From assembly GCA_041987205.1 (NCBI GenBank), contig JBHIWX010000007.1, positions 5,542 through 69,541 on the forward strand: 64,000 nt of DNA, in the 5' to 3' direction. The stretch comes from Rhizobiaceae bacterium (GTDB lineage Bacteria; Pseudomonadota; Alphaproteobacteria; Rhizobiales; Rhizobiaceae). The notes beneath the pieces were generated by a model, which was not told the DNA's origin, ran no database searches, and saw only the letters and a program-made list of their open reading frames with translations. The stretch's first letter is position 1; every line of letters starts with the position of its first letter. The translations under genes were made by a program, and so were the position numbers. This document shows positions 57,026 through 64,000 of this stretch, one piece after another.

Positions 57026-60000
57026 GCAACCGCTCCCCTTTCGGATCGATGAAATGCGGCGAGCAGATCTCGACCTCGACATCGCGTCCGCGCACCGAAT
57101 CGACCGCGCGCACCTTCTCGCCATGGCGCTCGGCGCCGCGTGTGATGAAACCCAGCCCGATCGGATGGCCGAGCGAGGGCGAGTAACAGACCGAGGTCAT
57201 GTAGCCCTCGTCGTTTTCCGTGTTCGCCTCGCGTCCGATTCCGATGAAATGCGCCCCGGCCGTCAGTTCCTCGTCATGCGTCACCGGCTTGAAGCCGACC
57301 AGCATGGGCCGGTCGGGATCGGCCATGCCGGGCCGCTGCGCCATTTCCTTGCCGATGCAGTCCTTCTTCGCCGACACCATTTTGCCGAGCCCGAGATCGG
57401 CCGCCGTCGTGCGCCCATGCAGTTCGCTGCCGACGGGATGGCCCTTCTCGATGCGCATTACGTTGAGCGCTTCCAGCCCGTAGGGCACGATGTCGAATTC
57501 GCGCCCAGCCTCCATGATCGCGCGCATCATCGCATCGCCATAGCGCGCGCCGACCGCCAGCTCGTAGGCGAGTTCGCCCGAAAACGAAATGCGGTAGAGC
57601 CAGGCCGGCGTGCCGCCGCAAACGGTGACGGCGCCGCAGGCCATGAAGGGAAAGGCCTCGTTGGAAAGATCGCCCGTCTTGCCATCCCCCTTCTGGCCCT
57701 TGTCGACGAGCTTCTCCAGGGCCTTTCTCGAATTCGGCCCGGCAATCGCGAACTGCGCGAACTGATCCGTCACCGAGACCATGTGGACGTCGAGCTCGGG
57801 CCAGTGGGCCTGATGGCAGAAATCGAGATGCGCCATGACCGGCCCGGCATTGACCGTGGTCGTCGTCACCAGGAAATGGTCCTCGGCCAGCCGTGCTACC
57901 GTGCCGTCATCCATGACATGGCCGTCCTCGCGCAGCATCAGGCCGTAGCGCACCTTGCCGACCGGCAGGCTCGACATGGTGTTGGTGTAGATGCGGTCCA
58001 GGAATTTCGCCGCGTCGGCACCCTTGATGTCGATCTTGCCGAGCGAGGAGACGTCGGAAACGCCGACCGAGCGCCGCGTCGCGAGCACCTCGCGGTCGAC
58101 GCTGTCGCGCCAGCTGTGCTCGCCCGGCATCGGATACCATTGCGGCCGCATCCACAGCCCGGCCTCGACAAACACCGCCCCGCGCTCTTTCGACCAGTCA
58201 TGACTTGGCGTCAGCCGCTTCGGGCGGAAGGCCTTGCCGGCATTGCGCCCGGCGAACGCACCGATCGCCACCGGCGTGTAGGGCGGACGGAAGATCGTCG
58301 TGCCGGTCTCGGGGATCGACTTGCCGGTGAGTTCGGCCATCACGGCGAGCGCCGGCACATTGGCCGTCTTGCCCTGATCGGTCGCCATGCCGAGCGTCGT
58401 GTAGCGCTTCATGTGCTCGACCGAGCGGAAGCCTTCCTGATGCGACAGCTTCACATCCTTGACCGTGACGTCGTTCTGGAAATCGAGCCAGGCCCGTTCG
58501 TTCCGCTTCGCTTTTGGGTCGGTGACATGCCAGACCGGCGAAATGCCATAGGGCGCGTCCTCGGCATCCGGCACACCGCCGACCGGCACCTTGAAACCCA
58601 GATCGGCGAGCGCCGCGCCGGCCCGTTCCAGGCCCTGCGCCAGGGCGCCATGCGTCGAGAACGCACCGGCCGCCGTACCTGCCACGCGCATGCCGGCGGG
58701 CAGGTCAGATCCGGGAACGAAGGAGGCGATGCGGTCGTTCCAGACCGGTGAATTGCGCTGGTGGCAGGTCAGGTTGACCGCCGGATTCCAGCCGCCCGAG
58801 ACCGCCAGGCAGTCCGCGCTCAACGTCACCGGCTTGTCGTTGGCGTTGAGGAAGGTGACCGAGCTCAGCGCCTTGCGACCGGCGGTCGAGACGACGCGGG
58901 CGCGGGTGAAGACCGGAACGTCGCCGATGCTCTCGCGCAGATGTGCGACGGCTTCCGCGCTGCGCGTGTCGATCACCGCGCCGACCTCCGCGCCGGCGGC
59001 AACGAGGTCGCGCGCCGTCAGCCAGCCATTGTCGTTGCAGGTGAAGACGATGGTCGACTGGCCGGCCAGCGCCGCGAACCGGTTGGCATAGGTGCGCACC
59101 GCCGAGGCCAGCATCACGCCCGGCCGGTCATTGCCGCCAAAGGCGATCGGCCGCTCGAAGCCGCCGCCCGCGAGGATCGTGCGTCGGGCAATGATCCGCC
59201 AGAGCCGCTGGCGCGGCATGTGGTCGGGCAGAACCGCCATATGGTCGCCGACCCGCTCCAGCGCTCCGTAGGTGCCGCCGTCATAGGTGCCGAACACCGT
59301 GGTCCGCCGCATGACCCGCACATTGTCGGCATCGTCAAGCTCGCCGGCGATCTTGGCCGCCCATTCCGACCCCGCCATGCCCGCGACTTCCGTGCGATCG
59401 CCATTGAGTCGGCCGCCCGCGACGAAATCCTCGTCGGCCAGGATCACACGGGCACCCGCGCGCGCCGCGACCAGCGCGGCCTGCAATCCGGCCGGCCCGG
59501 CACCGATCACCAGCAGGTCGCAATGCGCCGTCGCCTTCTCATAGACGTCCGGATCGGCCTTGCCCGAAAGCGATCCCAGTCCGGCCGCGCGCCTTATGAT
59601 CGGCTCGTAGACCTTTTCCCAGAAGGCCGCCGGCCACATGAAGGTCTTGTAGTAGAAACCGGCCGTCAGGAAGGGTGACAGGAGATCGTTGATTGCCGCT
59701 ACATCGAAGGAAAGGCTCGGAAAACGGTTCTGGCTTCTCGCGACCAGCCCGTCATGAAGCTCGACCGTCGTCGCGCGCGTATTGGGATCGCGTCGCGCAC
59801 CCTCGCCGATTTCCATCAGCGCATTGGGTTCTTCCGAACCGGCCGTCAGGATGCCGCGCGGGCGGTGATATTTGAACGAGCGTCCGACCAGCTTGACGCC
59901 ATTGGCGATCAGCGCGGAAGCCAGCGTGTCGCCATCATGACCGACGAACTTCGTCCCGTCGAAAGTGAACGCATACTTCTCGCTGCGGTTGATGATGCCG

Positions 60001-60038
60001 CCCTTGTCGAGGCGGTGCGATGACTTGGCCCCGCTCAT
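57018..60038 (-). CDS. soxA: sarcosine oxidase subunit alpha
   Basis: 1006 aa with a 2Fe-2S-like N-terminal FTFDGTKFVGHDGDTLASALIANGV, an NAD/FAD-binding LVIGAGPAGLQAA, and a C-terminal aminomethyltransferase/folate-binding domain. Confidence 0.9.
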   Translation of the reverse strand: MSGAKSSHRLDKGGIINRSEKYAFTFDGTKFVGHDGDTLASALIANGVKLVGRSFKYHRPRGILTAGSEEPNALMEIGEGARRDPNTRATTVELHDGLVARSQNRFPSLSFDVAAINDLLSPFLTAGFYYKTFMWPAAFWEKVYEPIIRRAAGLGSLSGKADPDVYEKATAHCDLLVIGAGPAGLQAALVAARAGARVILADEDFVAGGRLNGDRTEVAGMAGSEWAAKIAGELDDADNVRVMRRTTVFGTYDGGTYGALERVGDHMAVLPDHMPRQRLWRIIARRTILAGGGFERPIAFGGNDRPGVMLASAVRTYANRFAALAGQSTIVFTCNDNGWLTARDLVAAGAEVGAVIDTRSAEAVAHLRESIGDVPVFTRARVVSTAGRKALSSVTFLNANDKPVTLSADCLAVSGGWNPAVNLTCHQRNSPVWNDRIASFVPGSDLPAGMRVAGTAAGAFSTHGALAQGLERAGAALADLGFKVPVGGVPDAEDAPYGISPVWHVTDPKAKRNERAWLDFQNDVTVKDVKLSHQEGFRSVEHMKRYTTLGMATDQGKTANVPALAVMAELTGKSIPETGTTIFRPPYTPVAIGAFAGRNAGKAFRPKRLTPSHDWSKERGAVFVEAGLWMRPQWYPMPGEHSWRDSVDREVLATRRSVGVSDVSSLGKIDIKGADAAKFLDRIYTNTMSSLPVGKVRYGLMLREDGHVMDDGTVARLAEDHFLVTTTTVNAGPVMAHLDFCHQAHWPELDVHMVSVTDQFAQFAIAGPNSRKALEKLVDKGQKGDGKTGDLSNEAFPFMACGAVTVCGGTPAWLYRISFSGELAYELAVGARYGDAMMRAIMEAGREFDIVPYGLEALNVMRIEKGHPVGSELHGRTTAADLGLGKMVSAKKDCIGKEMAQRPGMADPDRPMLVGFKPVTHDEELTAGAHFIGIGREANTENDEGYMTSVCYSPSLGHPIGLGFITRGAERHGEKVRAVDSVRGRDVEVEICSPHFIDPKGERLRA

Positions 60039-60349
60039 GCCCCGGCCTCCGGCTCGTCCGCGCCCGCACCGGAGCCGTTGCGGGCCAGCGTATGCGCCGC
60101 CGCCGTCACCGCGCCGCGCACCTCATGCGACAGCGTGTTGCGTTCCACCACGATCCACGAACGGCATCCGCCCTCGTGATACCAGTGCTCCTTGTGCCAG
60201 CCGGCGGGATTGTCGCGCAGATGCACGAACTCGAAGAACGCCCGCCGTGCGCCCGGCGCGGCAGCATCCGGCCGCACGACATTGGCATCGCCCCGATAGA
60301 CGAATTCGCCCTGGTCTCGTTCGCCGCAATTGGGGCAGGGAAGTCGCAT
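60035..60349 (-). CDS. soxD: sarcosine oxidase subunit delta
   Basis: MRLPCPNCGERDQGEFVYRGD...WYHEGGCRSW zinc-ribbon pattern of SoxD. ATGA overlap with soxA. Confidence 0.85.
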   Translation of the reverse strand: MRLPCPNCGERDQGEFVYRGDANVVRPDAAAPGARRAFFEFVHLRDNPAGWHKEHWYHEGGCRSWIVVERNTLSHEVRGAVTAAAHTLARNGSGAGADEPEAGA

Positions 60350-60381
60350 GGTTTGCTCGGATCCTCGGTGCGGGTTTGCCG

Positions 60382-61632
60382 TCAGTGCAGATTGGGCTGC
60401 GCGCCCGTGCCTTCCTCGTCGATCAGATGGCCGGTCTCGTAACGGTCGAGCCGGTATTTGATCGCGACCTTGTGCGGCTGGTCGCGGGCGATCAGATGGG
60501 CGAAGCAGAAACCCGAGGCCGGCGTCGCCTTGAACCCGCCATAGCACCAGCCGCAATTGAGATAGAGCCCGTCGATCGATGTCTTGTCGATGATTGGCGA
60601 ACCGTCCATCGACATGTCCATAACCCCACCCCAGGAGCGCAGGATGCGCGCCCTGCTGATGGCCGGCATCATCGCCATGCCGGCTTCCGCGACATGTTCG
60701 ACCATCGGCAGATTGCCGCGCTGGGCGTAGGAATTGTAGCCGTCCAGATCGCCGCCGAAGACAAGACCGCCCTTGTCCGACTGCGAAATGTAGAAATGGC
60801 CGACGCCGAAGGAGACGACGCCGTCGATGATCGGCTTCAGGCCTTCCGAGACGAAGGCCTGAAGCACATGGCTTTCGATCGGCAGGCGCAGGCCGGTCTT
60901 CTCCATGACACGCGTCGTCGAGCCGGCCGCGGCGACCGCCACCTTCTTGGCCTTGATCGTGCCCTTGGTGGTTTCAACGCCCTTGACCGTGCCGCCCTCG
61001 ATGACAAAGCCGGTCACTTCGCAATTCTGGATCAGGTCGACGCCTCTCGAGTCGGCGCCGCGCGCGAAACCCCAAGCGACCGCGTCATGGCGCGCCGTGC
61101 CGCCGCGCCGCTGCAGGAGCCCGCCCTGGATGGGAAAGCGCGCATTGTCGAAATTGAGGAAGGGATACATTTTCCGTACGCCGTCCTGGTCCAGCAGTTC
61201 GGCGTCGACGCCTTCCAGCCGCATCGCATTGCCGCGCCGCGCAAAGGCGTCACGCTGGCCGTCGGAGTGGAAAAGGTTCAGCACGCCGCGCTGCGACATC
61301 ATGGCGTTGTAGTTGAAATCCTGCTCCAGCCCCTCCCAGAGCTTCAGCGAGAATTCGTAGAATGGCGTATTGCCGGGCAGCATGTAGTTGGAACGCACGA
61401 TGGTCGTGTTGCGGCCGATATTGCCCGAGCCGAGCCAGCCCTTCTCGACGACCGCAACATTCGTGATGCCGAATTCCTTGGCGAGGTAATAGGCCGTCGA
61501 AAGGCCGTGCCCGCCGCCGCCGACGATCACGACGTCATATTCCGCCTTCGGCTCCGGCTCGCGCCAGACCGGCTTCCAGTTGCGGTTGCCGGTCAGCGCG
61601 TTGGTCAGGATGGAGAGCGCGGAATAGCGCAT
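60382..61632 (-). CDS. soxB: sarcosine oxidase subunit beta
   Basis: YDVVIVGGGGHGLSTAYYLAKEFGITNVAVVEKGWLGSGN FAD motif, and a C terminus matching heterotetrameric SoxB. Trimmed to ATG 61632. Confidence 0.9.
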   Translation of the reverse strand: MRYSALSILTNALTGNRNWKPVWREPEPKAEYDVVIVGGGGHGLSTAYYLAKEFGITNVAVVEKGWLGSGNIGRNTTIVRSNYMLPGNTPFYEFSLKLWEGLEQDFNYNAMMSQRGVLNLFHSDGQRDAFARRGNAMRLEGVDAELLDQDGVRKMYPFLNFDNARFPIQGGLLQRRGGTARHDAVAWGFARGADSRGVDLIQNCEVTGFVIEGGTVKGVETTKGTIKAKKVAVAAAGSTTRVMEKTGLRLPIESHVLQAFVSEGLKPIIDGVVSFGVGHFYISQSDKGGLVFGGDLDGYNSYAQRGNLPMVEHVAEAGMAMMPAISRARILRSWGGVMDMSMDGSPIIDKTSIDGLYLNCGWCYGGFKATPASGFCFAHLIARDQPHKVAIKYRLDRYETGHLIDEEGTGAQPNLH

Positions 61633-61878
61633 GGATCGTTCCCGTGAGAGTTCCTGGCCCACAAACTGAAAATGCGGGTATCGCCATGAGATTAGCCATA
61701 TTGGCCGCGCGCACGTCAACGGGCGCGTCCAAAACGGGCGCTTCAGGATAGAAATCGGCCAGCATCGACACACCCCGGGATCGACGCGTGATTACACCTC
61801 GGTCAATTTGCCGCTTTAAAGCAGGGGGTGAATTCGGGTAGCCTGTTGCTCGACGGGAGGCATCCGGTGACGGGACCG

Positions 61879-62613
61879 ATGAAAGACGAGCGCAAGGACA
61901 TCCACAATTCCGACGTGCCCAATCTGTGCAAGGCCTGTGAGGCCCGGCACAAGGGCATTTGCGGCGCGCTCAATTCCGAACAGCTCCTCCGGCTCAACCG
62001 CTATTCCTCCCAGCGCAGCGCCACCGCGGGTTCCGAACTGATCGGCGACGAGGAAGAAGTCTCGAACTACGCCAACGTGCTTTCCGGTGTCATCAAGCTC
62101 GCCAAGACCATGGCCGATGGCCGCCAGCAGATCGTCGGTCTGCAATTTGCACCGGATTTCCTCGGTCGACCCTTCCATGCCTCCAGCCGCGTCTCGGCTG
62201 AGGCCGCATCCGACGTGAGATTGTGCACCTTCCCGAAATCGCTGATCGAATCCATGATCGTCGAGCAGCCCGAACTGGAAAACCGCCTGCACCGCCAGGC
62301 CCTGCGCGAACTCGACGAGGCGCGCGAATGGATGCTGACGCTCGGCCGCAAGACCGCCGCCGAGAAGGTAGCAAGCTTCCTGCACATGATCGCGCGCAAC
62401 GTCGATCCCGACCATGATTACAACGAGCCGGGTCCCGCCGCCTTCGACCTGCCGCTGACCCGCGCCGACATCGCCGATTTCCTCGGCCTCACGATCGAGA
62501 CCGTCAGCCGCCAGCTCACCAAGCTGAGAAAAGCCGGCATCGTCGAGATCGAAAACAACCGCCACGTCATCGTGCCGGACATGGAACGCCTCGACCGCGC
62601 CGCCGGGAACTGA
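61879..62613 (+). CDS. Crp/Fnr family regulator of the FnrN/FnrL (Fe-S, oxygen-sensing) type
   Basis: N-terminal Cys cluster CKACEARHKGIC plus a central Cys (VRLCTF), a cNMP-like barrel, and the C-terminal HTH RADIADFLGLTIETVSRQLTKLRKAG with the FNR-type E--SR recognition motif. hemN is nearby. Confidence 0.8.
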   Translation: MKDERKDIHNSDVPNLCKACEARHKGICGALNSEQLLRLNRYSSQRSATAGSELIGDEEEVSNYANVLSGVIKLAKTMADGRQQIVGLQFAPDFLGRPFHASSRVSAEAASDVRLCTFPKSLIESMIVEQPELENRLHRQALRELDEAREWMLTLGRKTAAEKVASFLHMIARNVDPDHDYNEPGPAAFDLPLTRADIADFLGLTIETVSRQLTKLRKAGIVEIENNRHVIVPDMERLDRAAGN

Positions 62614-62624
62614 GGCGAGCCACC

Positions 62625-63047
62625 CTACAGCGTTCGGTCGACGCGCCCTGCCGATGCGGCGAGCACTGGACGCAGGGCTTGCCTGATCTCTTCAAGAAAA
62701 TTCGCGCTGAAACGTCCGCTGGGTTCCTGCCGGAGGTCGAGATGCCATGAACGCTCGGCAATGTCGTAGTTGAACTCGTCCACGGTGATCCAGCCCCGTT
62801 TGAGCGTCGATAGACCCGCACGCCTCAATTCCAGAACCGGTATTTCCAGCGCTGATTGCCCTTCCATGGGCGGCGTCGTGGATATTGCCAGTATGACAAG
62901 ATGCGTGATGCCCTGCCGTGTGTCGGGAACCGTCAGCGCGAGGCAGACCGGCCGGTCCTTCTCGCCATGGTCGCGGCCTTCGTCCCGTTGCCAGCGCCAC
63001 AGATAGGGATAGCGGATAATGCTGCCGTTCCCGAACCGCTCAGGCAT
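62625..63047 (-). CDS. divergent MazF/PemK-like toxin (tentative)
   Basis: GSIIRYPYLW...GEKDRPVCLAL...LVILAISTTPP...GWITVDEFNYDIAER...GRFSANFLEEIRQAL parallels, by eye, the GdIw..dfdP..G.E..g.RPvlVvS...PiTs...v..dqi.tid..RL...G.ls pattern of PemK/MazF. The start (ATG 63047 or 63062) overlaps the antitoxin stop. Confidence 0.5.
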   Translation of the reverse strand: MPERFGNGSIIRYPYLWRWQRDEGRDHGEKDRPVCLALTVPDTRQGITHLVILAISTTPPMEGQSALEIPVLELRRAGLSTLKRGWITVDEFNYDIAERSWHLDLRQEPSGRFSANFLEEIRQALRPVLAASAGRVDRTL

Positions 63048-63324
63048 CCTTCTCGCCGTCATACTCGGCGGATTGCCGGTCGAGTTCGCTTAGCAGTAGA
63101 TCGGAAAGTTCATGCGGCGCCTCACCCGCTGCGTAAACCCTTCTCGGGTCAATCGTCCGGGTCAGGCGCTCATACGCCTCGGCGGACAGCACGACGAGTG
63201 AATCCCTTCCATGTTTCGTCAACGTGATGGGACGTATTCTCGCTTCATCGTGATAACGACCGAAGTGACGGATAAACTCCGCCGTTGAAACCGAAGGGTA
63301 CTTCTTTTCGTCAATTTTTTCCAT
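63040..63324 (-). CDS. Phd/YefM family antitoxin
   Basis: VSTAEFIRHFGRYHDEARIRPITLTKHGRDSLVVLSAEAYERL matches the Phd/YefM N-terminal fold, with an acidic disordered tail. Trimmed to ATG 63324. Confidence 0.65.
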   Translation of the reverse strand: MEKIDEKKYPSVSTAEFIRHFGRYHDEARIRPITLTKHGRDSLVVLSAEAYERLTRTIDPRRVYAAGEAPHELSDLLLSELDRQSAEYDGEKDA

Positions 63325-63330
63325 ATTTTC

Positions 63331-63359
63331 TGTATAATTCCGAAAATATGTGATTTCAA
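63331..63359 (-). promoter_or_regulatory. sigma-70-type promoter candidate for the toxin-antitoxin pair (would give a leaderless mRNA)
   Basis: Minus strand reads TTGAAA, a 17-nt spacer, TATACA, then only GAAAAT before the antitoxin ATG. No Shine-Dalgarno sequence. Confidence 0.35.
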
Positions 63360-63383
63360 CCTCGAAACCTGTTGTTGCGAAGC

Positions 63384-64000
63384 CTACACCCCCGCGGAAT
63401 GGCGGGCCTTGCCCTTGCCCAGATAGGCGTCGAACCACGACGCGATGGTGCGCGCGAAGGGCCGGCCGGCTTCGGCGATGACGAAGCATTCGCCCTCGCG
63501 ACGGAAGAAGCCGTGCACATCGTCGGCGACACGCGCATCCGCTTCCTCAATGACCACCTCGGCGGTATCGCCGAATTCGGTGCGCAGATCATCCGCCGAG
63601 AAGGCGAAATCGCACATCAGCGCCTCGATCACCCGGGCACGCAGCCGGTCGTCGTCCGACAGTGCGATTCCCTTTGCGATCGGCAGCTCGCCGCGTTCCA
63701 CAGCGGCGATGTAATTGCCGGTCGCGGGGACGTTCTGGATGTACCCTTGCGGCAGGCTCCCGATCGACGAGGCACCGAGCCCGATCAGCACCTCGCAGGG
63801 GTCGTCGGTATAGCCCTGGAAATTGCGCCGCAGCCGTCCCGTCGCCGCGGCCTGCGCCAGAGAATCTTCCGGCAGCGCAAAATGGTCGATGCCGATTGCG
63901 GCATAGCCGGCGTCCTTCAGCTTCTCCTCCGCAAGTCGCGCCTGGAGATAGCGCTCCTCCATGTCCGGCAGCGTCGCCTCATCGATCATGCGTTGATGCG
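63384..64000 (-). CDS. hemN: oxygen-independent coproporphyrinogen III oxidase, C-terminal part (5' end outside the window)
   Basis: RNFQGYTDDPCEVLIGLGASSIGSLPQGYIQN and the HemN C-terminal domain. The frame stays open upstream of ATG 63989 to the window edge. Confidence 0.8.
   Translation of the reverse strand, partial: HQRMIDEATLPDMEERYLQARLAEEKLKDAGYAAIGIDHFALPEDSLAQAAATGRLRRNFQGYTDDPCEVLIGLGASSIGSLPQGYIQNVPATGNYIAAVERGELPIAKGIALSDDDRLRARVIEALMCDFAFSADDLRTEFGDTAEVVIEEADARVADDVHGFFRREGECFVIAEAGRPFARTIASWFDAYLGKGKARHSAGV

Noticed and set aside
56271-58751. Very long ORFs antisense or out of frame to confident genes. Examples: 56271-58751(+) 826 aa opposite soxA, 59965-61647(+) opposite soxB, 54525-56267(+), 52844-54250(+), 43760-45328(-), 39714-41363(-), 21179-22609(+), 13282-14796(-), 10114-11706(+), 47273-48478(-).
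   Set aside because: Their translations are Arg/Ala/Gly/Pro-biased with no recognisable motifs. This is the expected artefact of stop-codon-poor high-GC DNA. Each is fully explained by a well-supported gene on the other strand or frame.
61633-61878. FNR/FixK box (TTGAT-N4-ATCAA) in the spacer between soxB and the FNR-type regulator gene.
   Set aside because: The TTG...TCAA pairs present have the wrong spacing (TTGGCCGCGCGCACGTCAA, TGATTACACCTCGGTCAA). No acceptable half-site pair was found.
1-64000. A window-wide look for CRISPR arrays, IS elements with terminal inverted repeats, integrases or recombinases, restriction-modification genes, or other known defence genes.
   Set aside because: None seen. 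No regularly spaced repeats, no transposase- or recombinase-like ORFs, and no nuclease, methylase or STAND-ATPase-like proteins apart from the housekeeping AAA+ CobS.

Overview
High-GC alphaproteobacterial chromosome segment (about 62-65% GC in hand-counted 60-nt samples). Gene content and order look typical of Hyphomicrobiales/Rhizobiales: aroK-aroB, bolA / J-domain protein / cobS-cobT, rpmB, Suv3-like helicase with an S4 protein, fdxA-carD-rpoH, aglR plus aglEFGAK (the Sinorhizobium meliloti alpha-glucoside layout), soxBDAG, and an FNR-type regulator next to hemN. I call 55 CDS (2 cut by the window edges), one tRNA-Arg(CCU), and a few terminator, promoter and operator candidates. I saw no rRNA, CRISPR array, IS element, integrase, or recognisable phage-defence gene. 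The one clear accessory block is a lower-GC glycan-biosynthesis island of about 12.3 kb (22972-35270) that starts exactly at the 3' end of the tRNA. It holds two mirrored chimeric GT2/GT4 glycosyltransferases, a stand-alone half glycosyltransferase, a 6-deoxy-sugar module, and a Cap5G/FnlC-type 2-epimerase. No export, polymerase or priming gene is present anywhere in the locus. Secondary curiosities: a small Phd/YefM antitoxin with a divergent MazF/PemK-like toxin wedged between the FNR-type regulator gene and hemN, apparently with a leaderless promoter; a ~99-nt extended hairpin between rpoH and an M48-LysM protease gene; a long promoter-bearing carD leader with a perfect 18-bp palindrome; two related palindromic operator candidates in the 661-bp aglR-aglE spacer; and a lower-GC orphan pobA. 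All family assignments come from motif recognition by eye; no database search was run.
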